64,000 nt of DNA from Hydrolagus affinis (taxonomy: Eukaryota), in contig JAAILG010001212.1 of assembly GCA_012026655.1 (NCBI GenBank), forward strand, positions 1 through 64,000, in the 5' to 3' direction. A program made the translations under genes and the position numbers. Below the pieces are notes generated by a model. It had not been told where the DNA came from and did no database searches. It saw only the letters and a list, made by a program, of their open reading frames with translations. Positions 12,790 to 26,156 of this stretch are shown in pieces. How positions within the stretch are numbered: the first letter of the stretch is position 1; each line of letters opens with the position of its first letter.

Positions 12790-13260
12790 CAATGCCCTCC
12801 TCGCCAGTCTCCCCAACTCCACTACCCACGAACTCCAACAAATTCAGAAGTCCGCCATCTGTAGACTCACCCACTCGAATCTCCGTACAACCATCACACT
12901 AGTTGTCACAAGGATCGATTTCAAGTCGCTCACATTCGTCTACAAATCCTTTCATGGCCTGGCACCTCCCTACCTTTACAACCTGTTTACTCCCCAAAAC
13001 ACCACCTATCACCTCAGCCCCACTGGCTTGGGACTCCTCCTTGTCCCTCACTCCCTCAGCTCCACCATCAGTGGCTGTTTCAGCCTCTACGCCCCAAAAC
13101 TTTGGAACTCTCTCCCTCTATCTTGCCCCCTCCATACCCTTTTTCAGAGAACACTTGATGGTCTTGCTCTCCAACCCCTGGCTCAGTCGGTGTAAAACTC
13201 TGCCTCTATTAAGTGCTCCAAGGCACTATCCCAGTGAAGAGCACGAAATAAATGCAAAAA
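12790..13260 (+). mobile_element. L2 LINE 3' fragment
   Basis: aatgccctcctcgccagtctcccc, aggatcgatttcaag and tttggaactctctccc are L2 ORF2 C-terminal motifs, here frameshifted. Confidence 0.8.
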
Positions 13261-15339
13261 TTATTGACTTACCCAGGAAAAAAGACCCTTTGCAATTCAA
13301 GTGTAATGTTAGTGAAGCTTCCTTCAATCCATACATTTTTTAAATAATACTTTCATTTGATCCTGTTGATATTTGCTGTATAGTAGCATTATCAGTAGCG
13401 TTATTATTCAACTGCAGAACTCAGTATCACTGAGCTTTTCAAATGCTGTGAAGTGTTTTGAGACATCCTCCCGGCGCGCTATAACAAATGCAAGGATTAT
13501 TTCGTATATTTTTAATTTTTTTTACCTTTTGTGCTGTGTTGATGCACTGTCGATACTCTTTGGCTAAGAAAGAGCAGTTTAAAGTCAGCTGTGGATTTTG
13601 TTGGTAACACCGAAGAATCTGGGACTGCAGATTTATGCAGATGGGTTCACAGTTTCTCTTCCTGGAAGAATAAAGAAATGCATTTGTTGGTGTGTATTTT
13701 CAAAACAAAATTTAACATATTTCCAACATGCATTAAGAAAGTCTTCACAGAAAAGATTTGTTCTGATTTGTTCTGATATTGAATCCACAGGCAGCACAGG
13801 GCGGATCACAAAGGAACTCCGACATGCTGCGCCACAGAATGATAAATCACAGGCCCGCATATATGATTCAATGCATAACAAACTCGGAATCCAACTGGAT
13901 TAGGCGCTTTCCCCACGGATAGAGGAGTGGGGAAGAATCAGAGGTTGACCCCTTGCCTCACTCAATTCCAAAGCAGCTTGTTAAAGCACGAGCAGATACA
14001 CAGTAGTTCACCTCTCCTTTCTACCTCTGATGTTACAGTGTGTAGCAGGAGATTTACTTTTTAAAAACCAACATTTCTAAGGCAACATTAAAAAAAACAG
14101 AACTCTGGATTCGCTATCTATTATTATTAGGAGTATAATTACACACACCACTTGAAAATCTCTCATTTCCACTGACAGTCTTGTGAGTGAAAGCACGAGC
14201 AAATGTAGAACTGAATGTGTTTGTTTTGATCTCTTGTTTGTCTGAATGTAGTTAATCTGTTGTGCCAGGAATTGGGGTGCTACAAAGGTCCATGTTGTAC
14301 CACAGATAACAACCCCACCAGCTCGGGGATAAAACTTGGCTCATAAAATAAAATCCACTTAATGGAACGCGAACAGTGGAATCTTAATACGGTAAATGCA
14401 TAACTTGCAAGGAAATATTATTTTTCGGTCAGCATTTTCAGAAAATACTGCACATCTAAAATGAGCCAAATTGCAAATCTTTGTAACACAATTAATTGAA
14501 TGCTATACTGAGGGAGCCCTGACCTGCCAGATCAATGAGACCTTAAACCAAGCCTCTACATAACTGTCATTATACTTCATAGTATCTCATTATGGAAAGC
14601 ACAGCGACTTTGACGTGAGGCATGTGATTTTGACTTGTGGTTATTCAATATGCTTGGTTTGTATCTTTACTGGGAGTTTGACTAATTTGCTAGTTCTATG
14701 ATGGAACTTTAACTGTAAAACATTTCCCACTTTTATGTCTGACAATTATTCTGTGGTGTTGCAACCCAAGGAGACCTGAAGGGTATTAAGCTTGGTCGGC
14801 GCATTCAGCTGGCATCAGCTATCACCTCAATCAGCAAACATCTTCACTGACAGAAAGCTTTTAGTTTCTGGATGTCAACTCAAGAGTTGTTCATTATTTC
14901 ACAGCCCTGATCGGTCCTGGCGAAGAAACAGATACCCACTTCCCAGTCCAATAAATAAAATGACTCATTTTTGATGATCATGTTTGGGTCAAACTAAAAC
15001 TAAGATTTATACTCACTACATTTGTTCAAGAAAATAAGTATACACTAAAGAATAAGGCACTACATCAAAAATGCAAGGATTATTATTATACTGTAGTAAG
15101 CATGGAGCCAGATGAAAAATCAATTATAATGCCAACAACCTTTTTGGATGCAGAGTTCACCCCCACTACATTCAAAACCATTTATTATGGCAAAATGGTC
15201 CTCTGTTTAACAAAGTGAATCCTATAAAAAGTTTTTGACATTATTACTTCTGACATCTAATGAGATATTATCGCCATCAGGCATATGTTATTACACGAGA
15301 AACACAACAATCTAAAACTCATATGAACTGGGTGGGGTT

Positions 15340-15565
15340 TTTTCCTTCCCGATTTTCTTCCTCGATTTTCCCCTCTTCTGCTGAAGGTGCTGACTGGGTT
15401 ATAGTCCTCAGCCAAGTGCCTTTTGCTCTTGAACCAGCCACCGAGCCCAATCCCGCTCTCTACCATTGTTTCCTCACAGGCAGTCTCCAGCAGGAGACCC
15501 CTGGCTATCAATCAAGAACAGAAATCGTTATTTAGCCAAGGGCCAACTGCAGCAACACCAGTCCC
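15340..15565 (-). repeat. Old unnamed interspersed repeat (same family as 40020, 44200, 60700)
   Basis: gccaccgagcccaatccc...tccagcaggag...ccaactgcagc is approximately the reverse complement of ctacaattgg...cctgctgga...acaggatcaagc. Confidence 0.5.
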
Positions 15566-16741
15566 TTCAGTAATAATTCAGTTCTGATCAGGATTCGGTC
15601 TGTGTGGTTTAGTCCTGCAACTTGAAATAGAACATCGGGTGGACTCTTGCTTCTTTTTCCCAAAAATCCTTGGTTATAATTAGGCGCATAACACAGTCAA
15701 TACTACAGGGAGAAATCATACACCTTGATCAGACAAAGCCATGACCTTTCTTTCTCACAAGTGGACCAGAACAGGGAGCCCAAAGATCCCTGCTGTATAT
15801 TCTATTTGTATACCATGTGCAAGAATGATTTCTTTCCAATTAAAAAAAAGAAACAATATTTTATTCATTACCAAGCTGGGAGAATTGTACTTACAGTAAG
15901 AAACAAATTCATCTGGAGTTTAAATTTCTTGCCAAAATATTTTCTTATTCTCCTCAACTTACTGCTGACCAGTATAACTTCAGAAAAATTTTGAGTAGAG
16001 TGCTTTAGCAGATAGCTAGCATGGCATAAAGGTCCAAATGGCCTCCTTCTGTGCTCAGGTTGCTATTACTCTATAACTCACGGATAGGTACATCAGAGGC
16101 CCCTCTGAGAACTGCACGCGGTCATTCGCTTTCTTGTTTTTAATTAATGGAGCTGGTGGACATATTTGTTTGCCTGCATAACGCTCACAATGTTTCAAAG
16201 CAAATCTTTATATAATTTCAACAAACAAATGTTATTATCCTAAAATGTCCTCGAGTCACCACATGAATGGCAGTTACACTTTAATCTTAGTCGAAACAAT
16301 AAATACATTCAGAAACATAACACACTTGGGATTCTGCACAACCTATCACTTCACTTATTTGGAGGACTTGAAAGCTTAAATTAACTACTGTACCTTGCAA
16401 ATTCATAATGTCTATCGTGACAACAACACATTGGCATTGCATTAAAACCTATGTGGAAAGCTGATGCAGCACAATAGACTGGGTGTATGTACAGCATGAT
16501 GATTCCATTAATAAAGCAATACAAATGCTGATATTTTATACTGAAAAACTTCTACAAATACATTTGCACAAAGCGGCAAGTTAAATTCTTATATCCATGC
16601 AACAAACTAGTCTGTGGAAAGTTCCATCACTTTAATCAGTCTCACATTGTCAGGCGCAAGATGATCTGTAAGGAAGTACCAGTCTACATGAGGTGATCAG
16701 TATCTACGATATGAACAAGATTATAAAAATCAAATGAAACG

Positions 16742-16841
16742 NNNNNNNNNNNNNNNNNNNNNNNNNNNNNNNNNNNNNNNNNNNNNNNNNNNNNNNNNNN
16801 NNNNNNNNNNNNNNNNNNNNNNNNNNNNNNNNNNNNNNNNN
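16742..16841. other. Assembly gap (100 N)
   Basis: Run of exactly 100 N, a typical placeholder for a gap of unknown size. Confidence 0.99.
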
Positions 16842-19800
16842 TTTACCGACAGACAAAAGACACCATTTATAAAGATACTGTTTACTTATAGCTCATTTCC
16901 TGGGGTAGCCTCTGTTATTCACAAAGACATTTATTCCTGTTAACACTGCGCTGCGATATCAGATTTTAATTTTTACAACCCTCCAAAAAGCCTCTAAATC
17001 TAATTATTCTGAAAAATGAATGCAGTAGCCAAATTTTCTTTCTCTACAGATAAGAAACTCTGTTTTAATTTAAAATAAACTCTCCATTCATCAGAGAGAG
17101 GGTAGATAGCAGGAGCTTAATAACAGAAGCACAAGCAGAAAATTACATTCCACGGCTGTTCTGCGTTTGAGGAAAATTGAAGTCGAAGACTTTAATAAAA
17201 ATATTAGAGCTAAGTTTATTAACTAATTTCAGCGTGGGTTTATATCACACAGTTATATGTCGAATGCCTCTCAGAACCTGATGTGTGCAACAACAGTACA
17301 AGGTGACCTTGCACTTCTGGCAGGCATTGGTATGTTTATTTTACATGATGTGAACGGGATGCTTCTGTCCTCTTCATTTACTGCTTTTGATGAATGTTTC
17401 TTTTCTACCGCCAGAACAGTTCATAGCTGGCAGCCCTGAGCACACTGCTCAACACGGCACTGCAGTGCTTCCCAGGAGATGGTTCACTGGGTAAAGAGAC
17501 AGAAACTTCCTTCTAGAAGGTTGCACGGGCTGAATTTAAACAGAAAAGGTATATGGATTTTCACTGCACATATGCGCTTGCTTGCCTACTTGCTGGAGAA
17601 TCCAATCCCTGTTCCAAGGCAACAATTGGTATCTTTTTAAAAAAAAATTAAACATATGAAAAACACACACACAAATACTGTTCTGTATAAAGGATCATAC
17701 CAAAAAAAACAAAGATCTTACTGCTTCAGAAGTTGCTGTGAATTTCCAGCATCTGTTTTTCATTTTATCTAAACACTGAACGTTAATTCGTATCAGTACT
17801 TCCACTATGTGCCATTATCCTCTTCGTCAGTGAATCTAGTTGTGTTCTGCCATTAAGACAGATAGAGTTCAAAGCTTGTTCTGAAAAGGAGTCCTATTTT
17901 TAGTTAAAGCTGATCAAATTTATACAATACGACAACAAACATTGAGAGATCTACTCACAACTCTGGGGCTTCGCACAGTCTATTGGAGTCAAAGAAACTT
18001 ACACTGTCTGTACAGAGTATTAGACTGGACTAATTCAGACATTCTGAGAAATGTATTTAATTGTAGGTATTAGGCAGAAAGCAAATAAAAACTTTAAAAT
18101 TGAAACCTACTGTCTTTATCACTAAGAGATGCGGGGAATTAGATCATGAACTTTGAAGACAGAAAGATCTGGGTTTGTCCTCCAGTAGATCCATCCAATT
18201 TTCTATTGAACCCCCCCAAGGAAACACACTTGGCAAAGCAAGGCAAAACCTGCAGTAATCCAAGGAACTATAGATCATTTATCCGTCTAATGAGAAAACT
18301 GGCTAATATAGATTGTAGTAGATACAACCTCTACTGAATTAGTTAAACCTAGCAATTCTTCATGCTGATGAATTGCCTGGCTACCATTAAATTTAGTATT
18401 AGTACAAAATTGTAAGCTATGAAGCTGCACTTCAAAAGCAATTCTTACTTTTACACTGTGCCTGTTCTAAAGCCTTAAGTATCTAATTCACCATTCAGTT
18501 GCTATTCTCTGCCATTGTTGGATATATGGGCCTTGATGTAGTTTGGAAATTGAAGCATTCTCCCGTTCCAAGGCAGATGAATACAGCAATTAGTTCCAAA
18601 GTCATCTTCAATCTGAAGCTTTTGTTCTTCAATTCAACAAATATCTTTAGACGGCAGTTTTAACACCTGCTCGTTCACTTTCAAATGCAAGGTTAGCGGT
18701 GTCGCTTCTAAGACAATTTGGCTGATTAATGATTTAAATGTATATTTAACTCAGTTGACTGTCAGATGTTGGTGGAGGTCCTGAAGGGGCAGGATCAGAA
18801 AAGGTAAAAGAGCAAAATGAAGTTGGTTAAATGGGCATTTAAAGTCAGATGAGGGATGCTACCAGTCAAATCTGTTAGATTTAATGTGCCCTCAACTGAA
18901 ATAAGAGGTTCGAGCTAGATGAGGTTTTGGTGGATAGGAGTAGTTAGATTTCTTTCTGCAGAAAAGGTACATTTCCGTCCCCTCCTCCACCCATGGGTAT
19001 CTATCTCCCGCTCCCCCAACACATCTCACTGTTCCAGAATTGAGTCAAATGACCTACAGCTTTCAACCAAATATTTATGATTAAAAAGCTTAAAAACTGG
19101 AGTTATATTCTCTATCCGGAATTTGCCAGGAAGCTTCACAACAGCTTTAGTTGTGGAGCATGTAAATGCGGGGAAAAACGGAGGGAGACAGATTCATGTC
19201 AAGTCAGCAGATCCAAGGTGAAGCCGGAGATAGGCCGTGGCTGAGCTTACCTGGTCGCTGCTGTTTGAAGCTCCAGTTGCCACCTCCTTACCTGTTGTAT
19301 TATCCACATACATGCTGACATGTACTCATAGTGTAACATTCTATGAGGCTCTGTGCTAAGTGACAGGTCACTCACTCCAGAGACAGTTGGTAGGGATGGA
19401 GTGTAGTTTGAAGGTTGGACTGAAAAGCTATTTATTACAATCCTCTCTTTCTCATCCCCCACTCCCTGAATGAGCAGAGGTGATGGTGTATTCACTGGAT
19501 TAAGGCTAAAGAATTATAAAGTAAACAGTTAAATATTTCCACTGCTTAGAGCAACTCAAGATTGTTACCCATATAGAGGGGGAGGTTAGAAGATATACTT
19601 TACAAGTTATTAGGTTGCCAAGCTTGTACCTGCATGTGAGTGGCTCTTGAAGCTAAATCAAATGCATCATTTAATAGCTGGAGGGAACTGTATAAATATT
19701 TCAGGAATAAAGAAAAAACAGTAAGGGTAACGAAAAAGATTGGCACCGATAGTACCAATGAGCACAAAGGGCAGAATGAGTTCTCCGGTGCTGCAAATTT

Positions 19801-21771
19801 CTACAATTCTATATGTGAGCATTGCCTCATTTTCTTTCGCTTGAACTTTCCCTCTCTCTGAAATAAATCTGCCTGGTGGAGCATTGTGGGCACATTGGGG
19901 CAGAATTATGAGACCCTAACAAGCTGAACAACCCAGTCAATGAAATATCGAAATTTTCACACACACACACACAAAAATCTTACAATTAATTTATAAGATG
20001 GACCTTTGGTACCTGTAGTTTTGCCCGGTAAATTTACATTTATTCTCATCTCTGCTTGGTTGTCACATTTCTGCAGTGGCAGGTAAAGAACACACAAGAG
20101 AAAACTGTGTTCTGACTTTTTGATTGCCTCAGCAACAAACTACTAACAACTGCTGGGCTTTGAGTTTTTAATACTTAAAAAATGCACATAAAACAAAATT
20201 GTACAGTCTCCTGGGCGCATTGTGCTGCAGAGTATTGTTAGATTTATTTTTGAAAGCAAACTGACCTTCGCTTGCTGCAAGAATTACAAATGCAAGTCTT
20301 ATGGATTTGACCCACAGAAAGCTCCATTCAACTAGACTGAACAAAGAAAGGTCACATGGATGTCCATGTTCCCGGATGTGTCAATTATTTCAGATTCATA
20401 ATTGCCTCTCTACTCCTGTTCTCCAGGTATTTAAGGTCTTCCAAATTCGAGCCTGTGTACATTAAACTGGCAAGAGAGTTCAGTAACACTCAGGGATTCA
20501 TACATTCATAAATGTATTTGATCACATAATACAGTAATTGTACAACTCTGCAAGTAGGAACTACACATTGAAAGATAAAAACTACAAAGAGATATAGGTG
20601 GTCAGATGGTACAGCCTGATACACACTGATTAAAAGGACACTGTTAGCCATTGAATAGGGATTATTCAGCAAGACTCAGAAAAATCTGTAGTGCTAAGGT
20701 TTTAAACAGCTTGCTACTGGCATTGGCAAAAGACCAACAATTGGGACTAGGACTTGGAGAGCTTCTCCTGATTACTTAAGCCTTTAGTAAGTTCACAATC
20801 CTCTTAGACTCAGCCATTATCTAAATCCACATTGATCAGTTAGTTGTGCTGGATCCACTTGTCATCATCTTTGTGAGAAGATGTTCATTTTTATACAGAA
20901 CTCAAGAGGAAAGGAAATGACTGAGCGAAGTTTGTCAAACTAGAAACAAAGTTCTGGACATATTCATTGTCATTGTTTAATGAGCTGGTTAAAACTGAAG
21001 TTGTGTCATCGCTCATTCTACTCTCCCCACTTTTAGATATTTTGAGCCTGAAATGAATATATTGTTGCACAATTGTATGGAATTTCTAAGTTAACCATAA
21101 CTTCTGAAGCCATCACTTCTGACCACATTGAAAATGTTTAAATTAGCCAATGGGCATGTCATACTTTGTCATTTTAGTTTCATGTCAAATTTAAGTAATT
21201 TACATTGTGAGAACAATGGCTCCTTTTAAGTCTGGTTGCCCAACCTGCTCAACCTGAGAAGTGAGACAAGAAAAGACAAACGGATGAAATTTGACTGATT
21301 CATATTCAGCAAGAGACACAAGCCATCCAAGCATGGAAGGAGGGAGGAATTTATTGGAACAATGAAACACTGAAGCTGCTCCATGTCAATCTAAAATGAT
21401 GAAGCAAATACTGTATAAACAAATACACAGTTATGGGTTTGAATGTGTACTTTCTCTTCGATCTTTTTTTAATTTGCATACAATTTATTCTGCTGGAGGA
21501 TCTATTATCCGAAACTCAAGCTCAAATGTTCTGTAGTTTTATTAAAACATCAATCTCTGCAGGTTTTAGGATTTGGATTTTCAGAAAGCCTGGTCTGTTG
21601 GATTTACTATCTCACGTTTAGAACGAGGCACCCAATCTTCTTCTTTGGTGCTGATGACCAAGAAGTAGGAAACAAGATACTGAAGGAAAACTAATAATGT
21701 ATTTACTTCAAGGCTGTTTGTGGAACTTTCCTGACATATTTTAATGCATATGTTTTTTTAAAAAAAGCCAC

Positions 21772-21959
21772 TAAACTTGTAGATGCTCAGTCCTTGAACC
21801 TATTCAAGACTGAAATTGACAGATTTCTTATGGACAAAGGGATTAAGGGATATGGGGATTGGCGGGTAGGTGGGAGTTAGATTAGAAGATCAGCCATGAT
21901 CTTATTCAACGGCTCGAGGGTCCGAATGGTCTACTCCTACTCCTAATTCTTATGTTCTT
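21772..21959 (+). mobile_element. CR1 LINE 3' end
   Basis: ttcaagactgaaattgacagattt...agatcagccatgatcttatt...ggctcgagggtccgaatggtctactcctactcctaattcttatgttctt. Confidence 0.88.
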
Positions 21960-24714
21960 GACAGTAATTTAGGAATTACAAATGTCCTTCACCCATTTGA
22001 TTCACTTTCCTTGTTCCCCTCAGAGTCAGCAGGTCAAAGAGTAACATGACATTAAAACAGTTAACGTTCCACAATCTGACCAACTTTCAGGGAAATAGAC
22101 ATGAGCAGCAAACAGAAACATCAGATTGTGAGATCAACATTAAAATGAGATTGACAGCAGAAACTAAAGTAATTGTTCCACTGTTTAGATTAAATGATTC
22201 ATTTCTGGTTACCTGTCATTCCTATTCAAGTGCGCTCAGTGCTTACTGTTTTTCAAACAATTAAAAATAAATGCAGAAGAAATGACGTTAGCAGTGATCT
22301 CACAAACCCATGAGGGCTGACTGCCGGCCAAACCAGCACATTATAATGAGATCAAAGGCAACCAATTCAAAGGATGATTAAATAAAAAGTCAGTGAGATG
22401 ATGGCAGCACCTTATGCACAAGAATGGAAATCTACATCTATCCAAATTTCTTCAAAAGGAAGATGTTTCTAAAGATTTTCAAAATCATAATAATTATCAA
22501 TTAGTTGCTTTGATTATTAACAAGAACTCAATGACTTTACAATTGAGTCTCATAATAGTCCCCAAGGCATTTGATCTTCCACCTCTCCCCTTCACCTGTG
22601 GCCCTTGGTAAACCTGCTGTTCTGCATGTTCCTGGTCTGCCTGTTCGGGGATAGTGCCAGAGTTGTTCTCTCTCCTTTCCTGCTGTCCAATGAAATGCTT
22701 CTTGGAAGGATGCTTATCTCAGTATTCATTTAACCCAATTTAATGTAGCACTTTAATGAAAGTGCTCCAACAAATGATGATACCTAGAACTTGTACAGAT
22801 CTATTGGTCTTGCAATCCCATTGCCTCAAGCAAAGAATTGCCTGACAGTAATTTGGCAATGCCAATGGCAGAATGATTGATATCAGATCAATAGGAGACA
22901 AACAGTGACCACAGATCCACGTTCCATTTTATTGAGGTATAGTCTATTGCGACATTCCTAAGAGTCGCATTTCAGCAAGATTCCTGCCGGGGGCAGGAGA
23001 TGCATCAGCAACACTGCTTTAAAGGAGCTTCAAGAAAGATGATTACTCAAAACAGCTCAACCCAGTTCTGCTTAGTTCAGTTCTTATAATAAAGCTAGCA
23101 ATTTTTTAGGAAGAATTCCCAGATTGTGATGCAACCTTATAAACTCATTTATAAAATTCAAGAACACAGAACCACCTAATCTACCAAACGCCTACTCTAA
23201 ATATAACCATTCAACAATATTCAGAAAACAACCAACATCTGGACAAAAGCCTAGTGGGAATTCTTTTATCCCTTAAGCAAGAGCGTTATTGGAACTCTAA
23301 ATTAAATGGCATTTCACTCGCCATAGCAAAGGATTTCTTTGTTGTCTTTGCTTAATCCTGCCAATGTCAAGTCTATCTGACCAGTCTGTGTGAATTAAAA
23401 TTGTTTTTTTTCCATTTGAATGTTTGCTGTTCTTCATTATAATAATAAGCTCAAAGCAACTTTGTTCCAATGCACAGAGGACCTCAACATCCTCTGCAAG
23501 ATTGGCGTACATTGTGGCACATTTGAGGCTGATTGTGCTGAACTGCTTTTGGTGAAAAGCAACACTTAAGGTAATTACCACTTCACCTGCTTCTTTAACA
23601 CAGCATTAATTGAATAGCACCATTTGACTTAGAGACCAATTAAGACAATTATTACGAGGTTAATCTCATTTGAATCAGGCAGACTCGAATTGTCTTGTTT
23701 TTTGTGTGCATTAGCTTTTTGATGCCACAATTAGCTGATAGACGATTTCAAGCAGCCTAAAGCGCCTGATGCCTGAAATTAGTCTCATTTACTTTATGGA
23801 GTGGAATTCTTGTCAGCAACTACAAAGTGGCTACAACTCAGTTTACACAAACATACATGTGAGGAGCAATTTTGAAGATGCGACTCTGGGCTTCTTTTCT
23901 GATGAATGAGGGGAAATGGGACAAAGAACAAATGATTAGACCTGCAAAAGAAGGTGGGAAAAAGAATGTTTCAGCTTTTTATATAGTACTGTATCTAAAA
24001 CAGTACTGAGAATGCTTCCAGGAATTGATTAACCTTCCCTCGGAATCTGCAGGTTGTCATGTTGTGGTCTGCATTCAGGTACCAGCTGTGAGTGGAAATG
24101 CCTTGCTGCTAATTATACAAATTATAAAGTCAGTTGTCATAAATCATACCTTTTCGTGGACACAATGATGGGAGAAGGGGGAAGGGAACAGGGAGTAACT
24201 GGCAAAACGCGAGCTACAAGAGATTGGGAACGCAAATGCGTGCCTAAGGAGAACAAACTGGACCAGCAAAAGCACAAGCCTGCTCTCCGCTCAAGTTACA
24301 AGTAGCTTGTTCTGCAGAGAATGTTTTGTGAGAACAATCAATGTGGCAGTTGTTCAGGACAAGCATTCTCCCCCCTCTCCCTATTAGTTCATCCCTAGAA
24401 AAAAACAATATTGGCAAAGAAGCGCAAGATAAACACAAGATTTTTTGTGGGGCATATATGTGCTGTAATTTAGAAACAGGAAACAGCTAGAAAGAATAAC
24501 ATATTACAAATATACCCTGAATTAAATGCACATTTTATTTAGATTATAGCTCCCCTACTATGATTTGTACACCAATTTTCACAAAACATTAACCCCACTG
24601 CACAAATCCTAGTCATCAAAACAAGCATGCAAGCCAATCCTGAGTCTCAATAGATAATTCTATTGGATAATACAGTTTTAATTCAATTTTGCTCTTTTTT
24701 TATACTAAGTGCCA

Positions 24715-24815
24715 ACACAATGTACAGTAAAATTCACTTTATAGTATATTCGGTGAAGCACTTTGAGATGTCTCAAAGATGTAATAAGGCTTTATATCAA
24801 ATGTAAAGATTATTA
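24715..24815 (+). mobile_element. SINE 3' tail
   Basis: attcactttatagtatattcggtgaagcactttgagatgtc...atcaaatgtaaagattattat. Confidence 0.8.
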
Positions 24816-24999
24816 TCATAATATGCTATATAATGTACAACATTAGAACTGAAAGTGCTCCATTCTCCTCACACTCACCACAAAAGGAAGATTGTGATAA
24901 ACAGTAAACTTGTAAACGGTAACATTAAGAATTTTGTTTTCTATTTTATTTTTATTTTCTCCTCTGCACCTCATACCTGTCCAAATGACCTGATGACTA

Positions 25000-25593
25000 T
25001 GGAATCCTGTAGCGTAGTGGTTAGAGCACTCTGGGACCATCTAACACCCTACCAACCTATCCACTCCCTCCACTGAGCAGGCTCCAGCCTGCTCCACGTC
25101 TTGCAAACTACCCGCTCCGCCATCAGTGGTGAACCTTCAGCTGTCCAAATAAACCATTATAATCCGTCCAAAAAAACCACAGTAATAAAATTGGTCATTT
25201 CAATCCACGACTGTTTGTGGGACACTGCTGTGCGCAATTTGCTGCCGCGATTCACCCACAAATATACAGAATATTCTGTGAAGTGCTTTGGGACGTCGAT
25301 AAGATGTGAAAAGCGCTATATCAAATGCAAGGATTATTATTATTATTATTATTATTTAGCCATTCTGCCCCCAACCTCTGGAATTCCATCCTGATACCTC
25401 GACTTCGCCCCTGTCCCAGCCTCCTTCAAGTTCTGCCTCAAGACCCTCCTCTTCAACTGTACCATTGGTCACCCCCCTTCCCCTCCATCCTCCACGATCC
25501 CAGCTTGGGTCCAAAAGAATGACTGTCCAGCATCTTACGATGTCCTCCTGACATGAAAGGCGCAAATGTAATTTTGTTGTTGTTACTGTTGTT
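25000..25593 (+). mobile_element. Mosaic: SINE head (25000-25031), L2 (25032-25146), SINE body and tail (25157-25356), L2 3' end (25357-25593)
   Basis: Each segment aligns by eye to the SINE at 42733 or the L2 at 44430. Confidence 0.8.
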
Positions 25594-26085
25594 AAGTTTA
25601 AGAATTATACTTGTAAAAATACAAGTGAAGTTTTATTGAACATACAAAGCCGTCCCCCACACTCCTGCCCATACACATTATTTGTATGTCAAACCATCCT
25701 CATCACTTTTCATTTTAAAGCAAATTAACAGTTAAAAAACGTTTGCGATGTTGTGCTATGATTGACATAGCAATATGCTCTCACATTAACATCTATCTGC
25801 TGAAGGTGACCCATTAGCTTTGAAGTGTTTGAGCTTCAGCTGCAGATGAGAACTCAAACACTCCTGCCTCATCCAGGAGGAGATTCAGACTTTTTAACCG
25901 AGTACCTCAATATTTTCCCGCCAAGCAATTGTGGTGTTGAAGACCATGGCCTGAGCTATCCTAGCCATGTGGACTGCGCTCACTAAAGGCTGGAAATGTA
26001 AATTCAGAAATCTCTTGCTACAATCCAGCACATCATTTGCAAGCTGTAAAACTGCAAATAAATAATCTCATTTGAGGGTACTTAC

Positions 26086-26156
26086 GTTATATGGGATTCT
26101 GCTTTCAATGCTGCCTCATTGAATTGCGCTGAGGTAAGCTTGAAGTGATCTGCTTT
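26086..26156 (-). CDS. CHCHD6: Next internal coding exon (71 nt, phase 0/2) of MIC25 (CHCHD6)
   Basis: ttaatttcttgcAG|AAAGCAGAT...CATATAAC|GTaagt. In frame with the 84-nt exon and encodes KADHFKLTSAQFNEAALKAESHIT, closer to recalled CHCHD6 NAEMYKLSSEQFHEAASKMESTIK than to CHCHD3 SSEFYRVTTEQYQKAAEEVEAKFK. Confidence 0.9.

Noticed and set aside
16734-16943. ORF spanning Ns
   Set aside because: Artefact of the assembly gap.
21630-21680. Hammerhead ribozyme (cacc...ggtg CTGATGA...GAAAC)
   Set aside because: No NUH cleavage triplet, no stem III and a poor stem II.
24244-24438. ORF ending ...GPVCSP as the CHCH-domain exon
   Set aside because: Stop codon right after PVC, no CX9C spacing and no acceptor in phase.
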